DNA of 56,075 nucleotides from Octopus bimaculoides (GCF_001194135.2 NC_068982.1:101304686-101360760), one strand, 5' to 3'; shown: positions 13,171 to 26,151, counted from the first letter of the stretch. Translations and numbers: made by a program. Notes: generated by a model from the letters alone, not told the origin.

Positions 13171-14026
13171 ACACACACACACACATGTAGCATTCGTATT
13201 CTTTTGCACAATGAATGATTTCAGTAGTTAGTGATTAACCTGGGTCCCCGCTTAAATTTACAGTCAATTAAATCGATCTCAGTCTCTGACTGTTACATAC
13301 TTTAGTAATTACAATAAGGTAAAAAGATCGATCACTAGAGACAGAAAATACAAGTTTGGCTCTGCATTTTGCATATTAGAAATTTATTAATAAACGCAGT
13401 GAAACCTCGATTTCACTAATTAACAAGAGAAATTAATTTAGTCTTAGACTCTTCCAAAATGCCGGGTGCGTATAGCTGTTGTGTCTAGCCTTTGATCACG
13501 TGTCTACTTGATGGGAGCTGACCTGCGGCTTAACAACACCAACAACAGCATTAACCGCTCTCAGTCCGTTCTCTTTCAACACACTGTAAATACTATGGCT
13601 TTCCGATACATTTCATCTACTACCCTTTCCGTTCTTCCACTTTCACTTTCTCACAGTCTCTCTCTTTCTTTGTCTTATAAACGTTTTCGCTCACACGATA
13701 TCGCTCACACAAATACAAACACAACCATTCTCCTCGTTATCTTCGTCGTTCTTCTCCCTGTTTGCCAAACACTCCAGTAGTCACTTTTTCTCTCTCTATT
13801 CTTCTTTGCTATCGTTGGTTCTTCCTTTCTTCTACTTTATACTTCACTTTCTTCTCCATATTTTCTCCCCTCCATATTTTTATAACGAACAGTTCTTCCC
13901 CTCACAATCTCTTTCTCAAAAGCTTGTTTTATACTTGCATAGCTTTAAATTTTTAACTTTTGTTATTTATTAATGTGTCCTACTGCCTAGTTAGTATATT
14001 TCTAAAATATGTTATTATTTTGAGTT

Positions 14027-14400
14027 GTGGAGGCGCAATGGCCCAGTGGTTAGGGCAGTGGACTCGCGGTCATAGGATCGTTGTTTCGATTCCCAGACCG
14101 GGCGTTGTGAGTGTTTATTGAGCGAAAACACCTAAAGCTCCACGGGGCTCCGGCAGGTGATGGTGGCGAACCCTGCTGTACTCTTTCACCACAACTTTCT
14201 CTCACTCTTACTTCCTGTTTCCGTTGTGCCTGTAATTCAAAGGGTCAGCCTTGTCACACTGTGTCACGCTGAATATCCCCAAGAACTACGTTAAGGGTAC
14301 ACGTGTCTGTGGAGTGCTCAGCCACATGCACGTTAATTTCACGAGCAGTCTGTTCCATTGATTGGATCAACTGGAACCCTCGACGTCGTATGCGGAGCAC
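14027..14400 (+). mobile_element. tRNA-derived SINE (family B), near full length
   Basis: Pol III box A tggcccagtgg (14039-14049) and box B gtttcgattcc (14083-14093); highly similar copy on the minus strand at 19565-19881. Confidence 0.85.
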
Positions 14401-14665
14401 GGGTGTATCCAGTTCACTTGCTTCTGCTTGTAGACAGACGGTGTTGGGTAAATCATGAGATTCTGCTTACAAATGTAAAAGATGTTTCTCACTCGAGGTG
14501 CGCTTCTCCACTCTATGTTTAATAATGATGGTGGACCACCTTTCTGCCTCTTGCCCAAAACAAGCATTAAAATTGCCCAATATTTGCAACTTATCTCCCG
14601 AGGTACACTGCACATTGTCTTATTTACAGAGTATTGCTGAAACTGCTCTTTTGCAATACCAGGTT
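14401..14665 (-). mobile_element. RTE-clade LINE, AP-endonuclease fragment
   Basis: Frameshifted translation KEQFQQ...SVP / SGDKLQILGNFNACFGQEAERWSTIIIKHRVEK...LLHL*...KQVNWIHP resembles the RTE endonuclease motifs LGDFNARVG and TWMHP. Confidence 0.7.
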
Positions 14666-15299
14666 TCATCATGATAAGACCACTAATCCTCAATACAGAC
14701 GGACTGTCTACGACGTATTAATGAATTGTATTGTTATTTGTCCTGTCCGTTAAATCCAAAATCAATATATATTGGTGTTTTTTTTTTTAATTCTTGGCTT
14801 AACGTAGTGTTTCCCAAGGCGAATAGTTTGTTGGGGTTTGGGTCACTTCAGAACAGGGCGGGAGTACCAATTGAAAAAAGTTTTAGTCAACATTTTTGAA
14901 CGTGTGTGTGTGTGTGCGCGCGCGCGCGCGTGTATATGTGTGTTTGTGCACGCGCGCATGTATTCTACTTTTTTGGATATACTAATGTACCTTGGCTGCT
15001 GGAGATAGATTAGGACAATTGTCGTGCTGTTGATGCCTATTGTGGCAGAAACATGTCCCTGGCTGTTCTTTTATCTCCTTCCTGTTACTTAATGCCATGC
15101 GAGCTTTGGAGAGTGCTTGATATTTAAGATTATCTTCCTTTTTCATATAGGGCTTTCTCAACAGCTATTTTGTAAGTCTAGTATATCCTCCAGAGGCGGA
15201 AATAATTTTAATAAATGAAGAAGTTATGATGTATGAAATTTGATAAACTTGCATTTGTCAATGTCACTGATATGCATGTCAATGGCCAGTCTGAGTTAT

Positions 15300-15540
15300 A
15301 AGATTTAAACATTTCTGCATGTGATTGGCTTGTTTCGTTGTAGTCCACAGTGTTGCGCAGACTGTACTTAACCACATCAGCTGCGCCTGGGCTGTCTTCA
15401 GAAGCAAACGCCTAGCTCCAAGCACACTTACCACCTTTCCGCTCATAGATACGCCATGAAAGAAAGACAAGTCAAACCGCTCGCAGCGAACATGTAGCTG
15501 CGGAGGCTGTCAGATAATGGTTAAATATGACCATACATAT
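15300..15540 (-). repeat. Unclassified dispersed repeat (copy 1)
   Basis: About 180 bp homologous to 28620-28800 (+); the ORF track shows MSFFHGVSMSGKVVSVLGARRLLL vs MSFLHGVSMSGEMVSVLRARHLLL. Confidence 0.65.
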
Positions 15541-16019
15541 CTGCTTAGGCTCTCTCACTCCCTCTTGACTTTTTGTCGGGTCTTAATCTTTTTTTAAAAG
15601 CTCAATAACACCACAAGGTAGCAGGAGTTTGGACGTAAAATAGAAGGATCTCCGTTAAAAGGAATTTCTATTGTGAGACCAGCTGAATTACCTAATCGTA
15701 TATTCACACTTGTATTTTTAACGTAATCCCCAAGTAGAATGTTGTAGAATCAGAGCATCATTGCGTTTGACAATGTCGCACCTTTTAACATACGAATACC
15801 GTTCTTGCCCACTAACAAGGTACCACACAATTTTCGTCGGCCCAGTTTTATTCAATAGGAACGGCTGATACTTTAGAGAAAGGGTCCCAACCATTGGGTC
15901 ACGAACCAGTACCGGACCGGGAATCATTTGGTTTCAAGCCGCTCAGAAAGAAAATATTGTAAGATTCTATTTCTATTTTGTTGACTATCGTAGTCTGCAG
16001 AGTGTTTCTGCATTATATA

Positions 16020-16333
16020 TGTATCTAGTACTTATTCTATCGGTCTCTTTTGCCGAACTGCTTAGTTACGAGGAGATAAATGCACCAGCACCGGTTATCA
16101 GGCGCTGGTGGTGGCGGGGGGAGGCAAACACAGACTCAAAGGCACACATATACATAGATATATACATGTATGTATACAACGGGCTTCTTTCAGTTTCCGT
16201 CGACTAAATCCTCTCACAAGTCTTTGGTTGGCCCGAGGCCATAGTAGAAGACACGTGCCCAAGGTGCCACACAGTCGGACTGAATCCAGAATTTATGTGG
16301 TTGGGAAACAAACTTCTTACCACACAGCCACAA
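16020..16333 (-). mobile_element. Family A SINE
   Basis: Reverse complement contains head, CORE-like motif, internal TA/TG spacer and part of the tail. Confidence 0.85.
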
Positions 16334-16510
16334 TGCAAAATATATATATCGAGGTCCTCGAACCCACAAGAGTTAACAAGAGAAACAGAGACAGGCAGAG
16401 ACAAGAAAAATGCCCCTGGTATTTGAATACTATACAAATATGTTTTTAAAAAGACTTTCCAATTAAATTTGCCAAAATTCAATTTTTCCAAAACTTCTTA
16501 TCCATGTTTA

Positions 16511-16546
16511 TAGTTGAAAAGATCTCAAGGATCGAAACCAGTACTG
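16511..16546 (+). ncRNA. Degenerate hammerhead-like motif in a Penelope-like 3' region
   Basis: tag TTGAAAA gatct-caa-ggatc GAAA ccagt A ctg: 5-bp stem II, near-palindromic ACC(A)GT stem III, GUA triplet; two core substitutions. Confidence 0.5.
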
Positions 16547-16632
16547 AAATGTTTTTTATAAAAGTATTTTAGCATTTTCTACTTTGTCTTTTTTCCATAT
16601 ATATATCTACTCCTGTGTTCCTCCCAGACCTG

Positions 16633-16696
<64 letters not shown>

Positions 16697-17277
16697 ATGT
16701 ATGTATGTATGTATTGAGCCATGGAAAATTTATCTTGCATGAAAAGCACACTGTGGTGAAAAAAAAAAGGTCAGGGTTGATGATCAAGAAGACGACTCTT
16801 GATCGATATGTGGTGGAACCGTTCTCGGACCTCATGTATGAGAAGCGAACTTATTACTATTTTGCCTGTTCCCATAAACACCCACGTCTATCGTGAAATA
16901 TATATTTTGCCTATTCTGACTGATAATTACATTGTAATATTTTGCCTTGGATTCACCATGTTCCTTATTCGTCTCCACTACACCTCTTATGCAAGTCTCC
17001 GTTTTCTATTCTTTGTCTCTTTCTCTCTGCTCGTCTTTGTTTCTACTTTTTTTTACTCTTAAATTTTCCGTTCATATCTTTTGCCGTCTAACTCTTTCTC
17101 ACAGACCCCCCACAAGGGAACATGTTCGTGGTTGCTGGACCTGCCAGAAATAGCAGCCAAATTACCGTAAAAATACATCATGGTGTATTTTGATACAAAG
17201 AAAAGGACATCATCATAAGCAACATCGTTAACAGCATCACTAACTCCAGCACCAACATGAATAACAACAGCAATAAT

Positions 17278-17320
<43 letters not shown>

Positions 17321-18276
17321 ACAACAACAATAACACCTTTTTCAAATGCACCAACGAAGGAGTAGTCACGTACTTATCTGGCTGCCGGTTGTGGGGAAAC
17401 ACATTTTTTTTTTCTCCATTCCTTTTATTTTCCTTTCGTGCCCTACCCCTACTCTCACTCACTCCTTCGCTCTCTCTATCTCTCTCTCTCTCTCTATCTC
17501 TTGCTATCTATCTATCTATCTATCTATCTTCCATTCTCCAAGGCTTCCATCCTAAATCTTCACCTTCCTCGTCTTTCCTTTTAATTCTTTCTTTCACTTC
17601 ATTTTGTTTTCTTTCGCATTCATGTCGTCTACTTTTCTATCGCTTCTATGTTTTGCTTTCCAAATCTATTTTCACCACCAACACCTCATCTTTTTATCTA
17701 CATTTCTATACTTTTCCTTCTATCTTCTTCCTAACGCCGCTCCTTTGTATTTTTGTTTGTTTCTTTTTGTTTTATTTTGTCATATTTACATTTCTTCCTT
17801 TTCTTCGTCCTTTTCTTCTTGCCTTCTTCTCCCCTTATTCTCTTCCATCCTTTCTTTTCTTCTTCCTTTTCTTCTTGCCTTCTTCTCCCCTTATTCTCTT
17901 CCTTCCTTTCTTTTCTTCTTGCTTTCTTCTTTCTTTCTTTCTCCACGTCTTATCGCCCCACCAAAATATACATAAATATTATACAATGCTTTTCGTCCTA
18001 CCAAATCTCCTTTTTCTTCCTATTCTGTTTTCCTCTCCCTCGTTCTATTTTTTTTTCTTTTCTCAAAGCCCTACCCTTTATTTCTCACAAATACATCCAT
18101 CCAGATATACATTAAAAAAACCCACACATGCACAAAACACTCGTACTCACAATTTTTTTCTTCTGTCTCTTCACTCCTCTGTCAGTTTGTCAATATACAA
18201 CGTTAAATCATGCACACTCACTCACTCGCACCAAAGCATAAGCAGTACACACGCTCTCATGCACACACGCAAACAG

Positions 18277-18340
<64 letters not shown>

Positions 18341-18434
18341 GCTCTCACATGGATAAATGCACACTCACGCTTTCATAAACACAGAAGTGCTCATAGTGCA
18401 GATATACAACTCGCATAATCGAACAGACGTACAC

Positions 18435-18545
18435 ACTAGCCACTCAACTCACTGGCCACTCAACTCTCTCTCACTGGCCACTCAACTCTCTCTCACTAGC
18501 CACTCAACTCTTTCTCTCACTGGCCACTCAACTCTCTCTCTCTCT
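18435..18545. repeat. Minisatellite, about 22-bp unit (ggccactcaactctctctcact) x5
   Basis: Read directly; units vary in the length of the (CT)n part. Confidence 0.85.
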
Positions 18546-18575
18546 CTTTTTTCTTGCCTCCTCTCCCTCTCTCTT

Positions 18576-18609
<34 letters not shown>

Positions 18610-18740
18610 TTACACACATTCGTCACCGTTACTAACATAACCAGACGTTCTTCTCTGTCAACACTCGTAAACATTAACGCATAGATATTTCTTGTCCCAA
18701 CAAACTTAGTAAATGTTTTCAAAGTTCCCGACAGTCTACC

Positions 18741-18845
<105 letters not shown>

Positions 18846-18913
18846 TTGTTTGTCTGTTAGTCGCTCTCTTTCTCTCCCCCCATATATATGTATTTACATT
18901 TATATATATAAAT

Positions 18914-18983
<70 letters not shown>

Positions 18984-19002
18984 GTACGTATTTGCTTGTA
19001 TT

Positions 19003-19040
<38 letters not shown>

Positions 19041-19564
19041 TGTGTATACCATCTATTTGCCCTACTGAGAGTATATCTCCTATTTGTGAATTTATGGGTT
19101 TCCCATTCTATCCATTCTCATACTCACGCGTATGTTCATAGAGACACATAAACTGTACATTATGTAGTCTTGAATAATACAGGAACATGTCTGTAGTTTT
19201 CTCCCTTATTTGCTGAAAATATGAAAAAAAACCCTGATTTCTCACATCGACACAAGATCTTACAGTTGGGATTGGGGATAAAGTCCATTATAGTGAGACC
19301 AGTATTTCACTTGTGTTTCTTTCATCGGCTCTGGAGAGCTGAAAGGCTAAACATCTGTCCTGGTTGGATTTGTAATTTGGCGAGATTCTATGTTAGTTGC
19401 TCAGTAACTAACGTTTTCTCATTTCATAATTATTTTATTGCTCCCCGTGCTAAATATACTAAAAAATTAACTGAATTATGTGTACATAAAATGATATAAG
19501 TGTGTTCCAACATCCTGGATGGGGCGAGGAAAGAAATTGCAATTCATGAATCTTTGAAAATGAA

Positions 19565-19881
19565 ACTGTGGTGAACAGATATTAACGTGCAAGTGGCTGA
19601 GCACTCCACAGACACGTGTATCCTTAACGTAGTTCTCAGGGATATTCGGCGTGACACAGCTCACCCTTTGAAATACAGGTACAACAGAAACAGGAAGTAA
19701 GCGTGAGAGAAAGTTGTGGTGAAGGAGTACAGCAGGGTTCGCCACCATCCCCTGCCGGAGCCTCGTGGAGCTTTAGGTGTTTTCACTCAATAAACACTCA
19801 CAACGCCCGGTATGGGAATCGAAACCGCGATCCTATGACCACGAGTCCGCTGCCCTAACCACTGGGCCATTGTGCCTCCAC
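19565..19881 (-). mobile_element. Family B SINE
   Basis: Reverse complement of 14027-14340 with boxes A and B intact. Confidence 0.85.
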
Positions 19882-20059
19882 TTAATGAAAGTATAATTAG
19901 AAATAAAATGAAATAGAGAGTGAGTCGGATCTTTGACAGCACAGATATATCTACAGAGATATTTTGGTTCTGTTAGGTCCACATCAGCGACGCGTAAGCT
20001 AAATGTTATTATTAGATTTTAGTTGACTGCACGACTCCGTAGGCAATTATCTTCTATTA

Positions 20060-20238
20060 CAAGTTAACACGAACTACAAGTTAAAACACAATCAGTCAGA
20101 TATTGTTTGTCGGACAACAAGGAATAGATATGTTCTGTGGTGGAAATCAGCTGCCCTCTGGACACCAATGTGGTCAGAAAAACACAAGAGAAAAAGGACA
20201 TCTATGAACCATTGATAAAGAGATTGCAAATCCAGTAG
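20060..20238 (+). mobile_element. RLE-type (R4/Dong-like) LINE fragment, PD-(D/E)xK region
   Basis: Frameshifted KHNQSDIV.. / DNKE*ICSVVEISCPLDTNVVRKTQEKKDIYEPLIKRLQI resembles the KHNRPDIV...VEISCP...EK..Y motif of RLE endonucleases. Confidence 0.65.
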
Positions 20239-23200
20239 ATATATATACACGCGCACAGCTATTTATTATAGTTGCGTATAATGTTATCAAGCGGTTATTG
20301 TTATCAAAATTTGTGGGTCTCAAACTCAGTATTTTTCCTTTTCAATGAAAAGAAATGAATGTCCAGTGAAAGTGATGCAATCCACTGTTATAACAAGTAT
20401 TTCATGAATTGTCTGCGTTTCTCGATTTTTTTAATTTTTGAGCTAGAGTATAATTAAAGGACTTGTTTTGTAGGGTTTTGAAGGTTTTTCTTTGGTATGT
20501 AAAGCACGCATCTTTTGCTTCCATTTTTGTAGGGCTTAATTCATTCGTTAGTTCTCTATTTACAGATACGCGTTTTGGTTATACTCACACACACACACAC
20601 ACACATACACACATAGACACACATTCTCCCTCTCTCTCTCTTTCTCTCTGTCTCTCACTCTCTCTCACTCTCTCTCTGTCTGTCACACACACACACACAC
20701 ACATACTCACAAACTTAAACACTTACTTTCTCATAATATTTTTCATATTTTAAAAAGCATTAGAGAGACCAAGCCTGACCACATGCTCATGGTAGGAAAC
20801 AATAAGAAACCCACGGTCTATAAATTTAATCTAAGATGGGATTCTGAAGAATGTCTCTTCTCTCTAATTTCATTCAGGTCACTTATGCTCAAAACGTTGC
20901 GAAATGGGATCGACCACTTGGTTGCGAAACAAACTTGCATCCATTATTTTAAACTTCTTAGTCAAGGAGCAAAGGCCAGCATCGTCAGTCTTTATTGTTC
21001 AATGACCATCAAAACTGGTGGCAAAAAGGGAGGAAGTTATCCTTAAATCAGGAATGCTCGACACAGAATGGACCTTGATAAAAGCACTTAAGGATTAGGT
21101 TGTGGAGTAAAATCGTACGATGAGTTAAATCTACCTCTCAGAGGAGAGAAGAACTCAGTATTCATAGAACCAACGCAAACACTGTAAGGCATCCCGTCCA
21201 ACGTTGTAACAACTCAACCAATCTCTCGCACTTTTATCGTTCTCGAGAAGATTAAAGGCCATGCTGATTTCGGCAGGATATATATTCAAAGCACATGGAG
21301 CCTGATGAAAATATTTGATGCTACGCTCTAATGTTTCTGCCAAATCGCTACCGTAGAGAAAAGTCTAATTCATCCATGATAAAAGGTATTTCAACCATGA
21401 CCACCTCACCTTATTTCAGAAATACTGTATCTGAGAGACCCAACAATATTCATTATTTTTTTCCTTTTCTAAAGCTGTATGATGTTTTGACGGATATTTA
21501 CTACTATTTCTAGCAGGTAGATTGGCCACTTAGACGACCTCTCGTTGTTATTGTTATCGTAGACGAGAATCATGGGAAGGCCATTGTAACTGTTCTTAAG
21601 TGATTGTCACCGGACTCAATATTTTTTCGTCGTTGACGTCAGATTTTATTCAGCAGCCAGGAAATAATTTGACCGTCTTGTCTAGATTTAGTTTGTTGCT
21701 AGGATGCATTATATGCATTGAATTTTGCGTCATATTTTTGCTATTCATATCATTTTCAAGACAAATCTGTTTTCCATTTTCCTTGATTGAACCGGAGAGA
21801 GTATTGTATAAAGATTAGTTATATTATCAACAATGTTATTTTTTTGAACTAATTCTATTTTCTGTGTTGTATAATATAATGTAATGTAATTACTCTTTTA
21901 TGTAGATGCATATTCAACAAGCGAAAAGTGTTGTACTTGAATGTTTAATGCAATAGCTAATTATCAAGTATACAACTTCCATATTTACGTATGAATTTGT
22001 AAAATATAATAGTTATCCAGTGGTTTGCAGATTGTGATTTATTGTTGGTGATAAGAGTCTAAATTCTTGTGTCCGTCGCATTGAATATTTCATATATAAA
22101 TTGTGTAAACTGCAGATTTGTTTAATTTTGATAGAATGTTATCTTCTCTATTGGTCAGATATAATCATCGCATATATAAGGTGACTGAGTATCATAAATT
22201 GCACTGTTGATGATAGAATAGAATTTCAGTTGTACGGAACAACCGTTGTTTCTTTAGGATATTTTCTATTATAGTAGTTAGTTTTAATTTTATCAAACAA
22301 GCAATGTCTCTACTTTCGAAAGTTTTTTCACTTAGGCTGAAAATGCTCTTCTTGATACGTGAGCAGTGTCTATTCCCACCAGAAATGTGTTCTATTCAGA
22401 AAAAGCTTTGACGAGTAGACAACATTTCTTGTTCTAAGTTGTGAAATATTTGTAAATCCTGAAGCTTTGATTATACAATTACATGCTTTTTTTTTTCCAA
22501 GACACCAAATTTATGAATTGTTTCTGTTTTCACTACCAACATTCAAGTTATCGCTGTTCCCAGAATTTAATAGTTCAGCAGACATAGTTGGTGTTGTAAT
22601 GTTGCCCGTATGCTGGATATGAAGAAGCATTTTTATGATATATATTTTATAATAATGTAGATACACATCTAAAGTTGAATTTTACTAAGCTTCTGTGAGG
22701 TGAAACTATTAAGACTGTGTTTGTTGGTAATGTCAATTTTTGTGACTTAAAAAATACTAGATTCATATTTCACTTTATATATTTCCGCGTCATTCTTAAA
22801 TAAGAAAAATATAATGACTTCTACCAGAAATGTTTTTTATTTATTTAAAAAGAGCCCTGTGGTAGAAAACATTTCTTGTCCTGCGGTTTGAGGCTCTAAT
22901 AAAAAGATCTACTTGATCCAGAGTATTCTGCTTAGAACAGACCACTTCAACTTAGCAATCCTAAGGGATAGTCACTGAGTCTTGTTGCTTTTCATAGAAA
23001 ATGGCCGACTGAAAAATGAAGGTACTTGAACTGAAATGGCATATTTGATGATCTAAAATCTCCCTTAGTACAACCAGACATAATTGTGGCTTCAATCATT
23101 TGGAGAATAAGAGTGCTGACAGTTTGTCTCGGATATTTTATCGAGTTTTGGTGCATCCAAATTTCGTAGCAACGTAATGCCTAATCCTACATGCTGTTGC

Positions 23201-23739
23201 AGAGTGAGAGAGCAGCAAGATGAAAAGAACTGAGAAACTTTGTTGGGTTGTTGACAGCATCGTCCACTGGGAGTGCCCACTGACTTGTATAATCTGAAAT
23301 AGGTTTATGACTGTTGAATGATGACGAAATTAATATCATCCATGTTATTTTTGCGAGCTATGATAACACGTTCAGAAAGCTATTTATGGCTTGTATTATT
23401 TGATGAAAGCTTAAAATAATCTTTGAATAACATTTTTTGAGATGTCTCGATTATTACTCCACATTTTTCTTTTCTTTGTTTCTGTAATTGTATTTTGACA
23501 TATCCATTCTTAGTGTCAACTGGTAGCTGACCAGTGTCCTCAAAGAAAGTAGAATTTTGCAAACTAGACGGTTGACATGTCTCTGTTGAATCAACTCTCA
23601 TGTTTATAGAGAGATAAAATTTTTCTTCTTGTCTTCAAATATACTTTTCTCAGACTCAACAAAGTAACTTGCAAATCATACTCTGCCATCTTAAAAAAAT
23701 TCGACGCATTAGATAATGTAGTCCATGGTACAATATTAG

Positions 23740-23860
23740 GAAAAAATATGATGCGAAGGTTATAGCCGAAACAACTTTAGGATTTGAACTCAGAGCGCAA
23801 AAAGTCGAAACAATTGCTGCAAAATAATTTTTCCTGACACTCTGATGATACCGCACTAAA
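23740..23860 (-). mobile_element. Short SINE (family C), degenerate
   Basis: ggatttgaactcagagcgcaaaaag... is colinear with the reverse complement of the family C head. Confidence 0.45.
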
Positions 23861-24037
23861 TATGCGGAGCACGCTTGCCTTGGGCCTGTAACTCCAAGGC
23901 CTAAGACAAGGCAAATGGAACGCCGTTGTTTATATATGATGTACCTTTGGCATCAAAACATGGCGGAACCCATAGCTCTCCAGTTCTGACTGCAGTTGAT
24001 TTCTTCCAAAGAGAGAGAGAGGGGGAGGGAGGGGGGA

Positions 24038-24098
24038 GAAGAAGAAGAAGAAGAAGAAGAAGAAGAAGAAGAAGAAGAAGAAGAAGAAGAAGAAGAAG
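24038..24098. repeat. (GAA)n microsatellite
   Basis: Read directly from the sequence. Confidence 0.95.
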
Positions 24099-24099
24099 A

Positions 24100-24172
24100 C
24101 TCTCTGCCAGTACTTTATCGACTTCCCAAAGATGAAAGGCAAAGTTGACCTAGACAAGATTTGAACTCTGTT
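24100..24172 (-). mobile_element. Family C SINE central fragment
   Basis: gtactttatcgacttcccaaagatgaaaggcaaagttgacc...gatttgaactc matches 43915-43980. Confidence 0.7.
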
Positions 24173-24553
24173 AACTCCCAAACACCCCAGTCAGCTTACA
24201 ATCGACTAATTATATTGCTATATAATACTAAAGTATTGCCATTAAAGACACTCAGTTGTTTAATTCCTTTCGAAAAATAAAACAGAACCAAAACGGCACC
24301 CCACTACCTCTCCTACCACGTTCTTGACCGACATCCTTAGTAAGTTACAATTAATGTAGAATTAATAGATTTCAGTATTTCACACCATCTGGTTCTGACG
24401 CACACACACTCTTTATCGTCCTCTTTATCGGTTTGACCCTTGTGTTAAGTGTAGGATTTAGAAATGAGAGATAACAGGATGAGAGTGTTTCTGATGCTGT
24501 TTCACCTAACAGAGCGGATCTATAATGAAAGATGCCGCAGCCGTGACCATGTT

Positions 24554-24588
<35 letters not shown>

Positions 24589-24873
24589 TCTTTTTATTTA
24601 TTTTATTTATTTATTTTATAACAGTGTCTACTACGTTGCTTAATGTATTCTTCTTCTTGCTTTTAATGATTTTATTGTTGTTGAATGATTAACCCCAGGT
24701 CAGCAGGTCCGTCCTATCTGAGTTGACCTACGATCAAAGGTATTCCTGCAATGACTGTCTTTGAAAAAGGTAAACTGATACACACTTGATCTTTGTTAAT
24801 CAGTTTTTAAAAAAGTAAAAATCCATAATTTGCCAATTATTCCAAGTACAAAGTATCTAGAATTACATTATTC

Positions 24874-25587
24874 GGATCTTTCTGAATTGACGGGCAGCAC
24901 TTTTCATTTATGTTTTATGAAGTGATTTTGGTACCGAAACACTTTCAAACTTCGTATACTTGTATATTTTGTGTTATAGAACAGATAAAAATTTTGTATT
25001 CGAAGTTATTTCATGTAAAAAATTGTCGTATTTCGGTAATTTCAACTAATCACTGACGTCTATTGAGGTGAAAACAATTACTGCTGTGGAATGTAAATAA
25101 CATGTTTTAACGGTGTCATGGGATCCTTTCCCTTGAATAAAATTAGTGCTGTTGTTTGTCAACAACAACTATCGGTGATACTGTTATTTATGACATCGTC
25201 CGTGCGTTTGTACTGGTTTTAGTTTTAGGGTTCGGGTTAGGGTTCGGGTTTTAGAGTTAGGGTTAGTTTTATGGTTAGGGTTAGGGTTATGATTATTTTG
25301 CCATAACCTCACTCATAACCCTAACCCTAAATTAGCAGGGAATAACGATCTTGACACCGGCAAAAATCATTGTTTGCAAAAACAGCAGTAACTGTATTCA
25401 GCTGAATAGACGTCAGTGATTGGTTGACATTACAGAAATACGACAACATGAAATAACTTCCGATGTAGAAATTTTTTTAAGAAGGCTAAGAGAAAAAGTT
25501 GTTTTATATGACACATTCTACCAGTATCCCAAGTTTGAAAGTGTTTCGTTAAGAAAACAAGTGGTGCCCGTCAATTCAGAAAGATCC
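24874..25587. mobile_element. Foldback-type MITE with long TIRs, 8-bp TSD and internal TTAGGG-like repeats
   Basis: Terminal ggatctttctgaattgacgggca is perfectly inverted; imperfect TIR similarity extends about 250 bp; TSD cattattc at 24866-24873 and 25588-25595. Confidence 0.9.
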
Positions 25588-25905
25588 CATTATTCAATGT
25601 GCTTTTTCTATTCTAAAAATTGCTGGGCACGTTGTTAAGTAACAATCCAGTCTTTTTCTATATCGAGGATTACATTGTCCAATGTATCCATCATTATGTA
25701 AAGCAGTAGCATGTCATTTGAAGAAAAAGGACGAGCAAACACGTTGAGGCTTTCGCGTCAACGCATTTGTTAAGACGTTGAAAAAACATTCAGAGTTGCT
25801 TAAAGGTAATTCAACGGTTCGACTCAGTTATTCCTTTCATATTTATAATTTTCAATGTACACAACATATATTGTGGACTCTTCTGTTGCAGATAACAGAT
25901 TAGAG

Positions 25906-26147
25906 CAAGGGTTCTCAATCGGGGTTCACATGGCCCTTGGGGGTCCAGATAAGATTTTGTTGTTAAAAATTATGTTCAATAAATTGGTTATACTTCTACA
26001 ATACATAAAATATCTTAATTGTTTTTTTTACACAATTCCTAATAATATTTGATTTTAAAAGTATAATAGAATTTTTAAACATCATTCGGCTATGATGGTC
26101 CATCCGAGTAAAATAGAGATTAAAAGGGTTCATAGGTAAAAAAATAA
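25906..26147. mobile_element. hAT-type MITE, 3' end interrupted by a SINE
   Basis: Begins caagggttctcaa after ttagag; body matches 30835-31086 and 52590-52809. Confidence 0.75.
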
Positions 26148-26151
26148 TAAA

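Noticed and set aside
14027-14110. tRNA gene (also the heads at 19800-19881, 26152 and 31625)
   Set aside because: Boxes A and B are present but the acceptor stem does not close and each head continues into a repeated body, so these are SINE heads.
17257-18378. 373-aa hydrophobic ORF resembling a membrane protein
   Set aside because: Translation of a CT-rich low-complexity tract with internal duplications and microsatellites; no domain signal.
23840-23870. CTGATGA followed by a ccgca/tgcgg stem
   Set aside because: No GAAA after the stem, and it overlaps a degenerate family C SINE head.
23875-23914. Strong hairpin ttgccttg...caaggcaa
   Set aside because: Isolated, with no Helitron CTRR end or other context to assign a function.
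25224-25330. Ancient telomere-fusion site
   Set aside because: The repeats lie inside a TSD-bounded element with long TIRs, so transposition explains them better.
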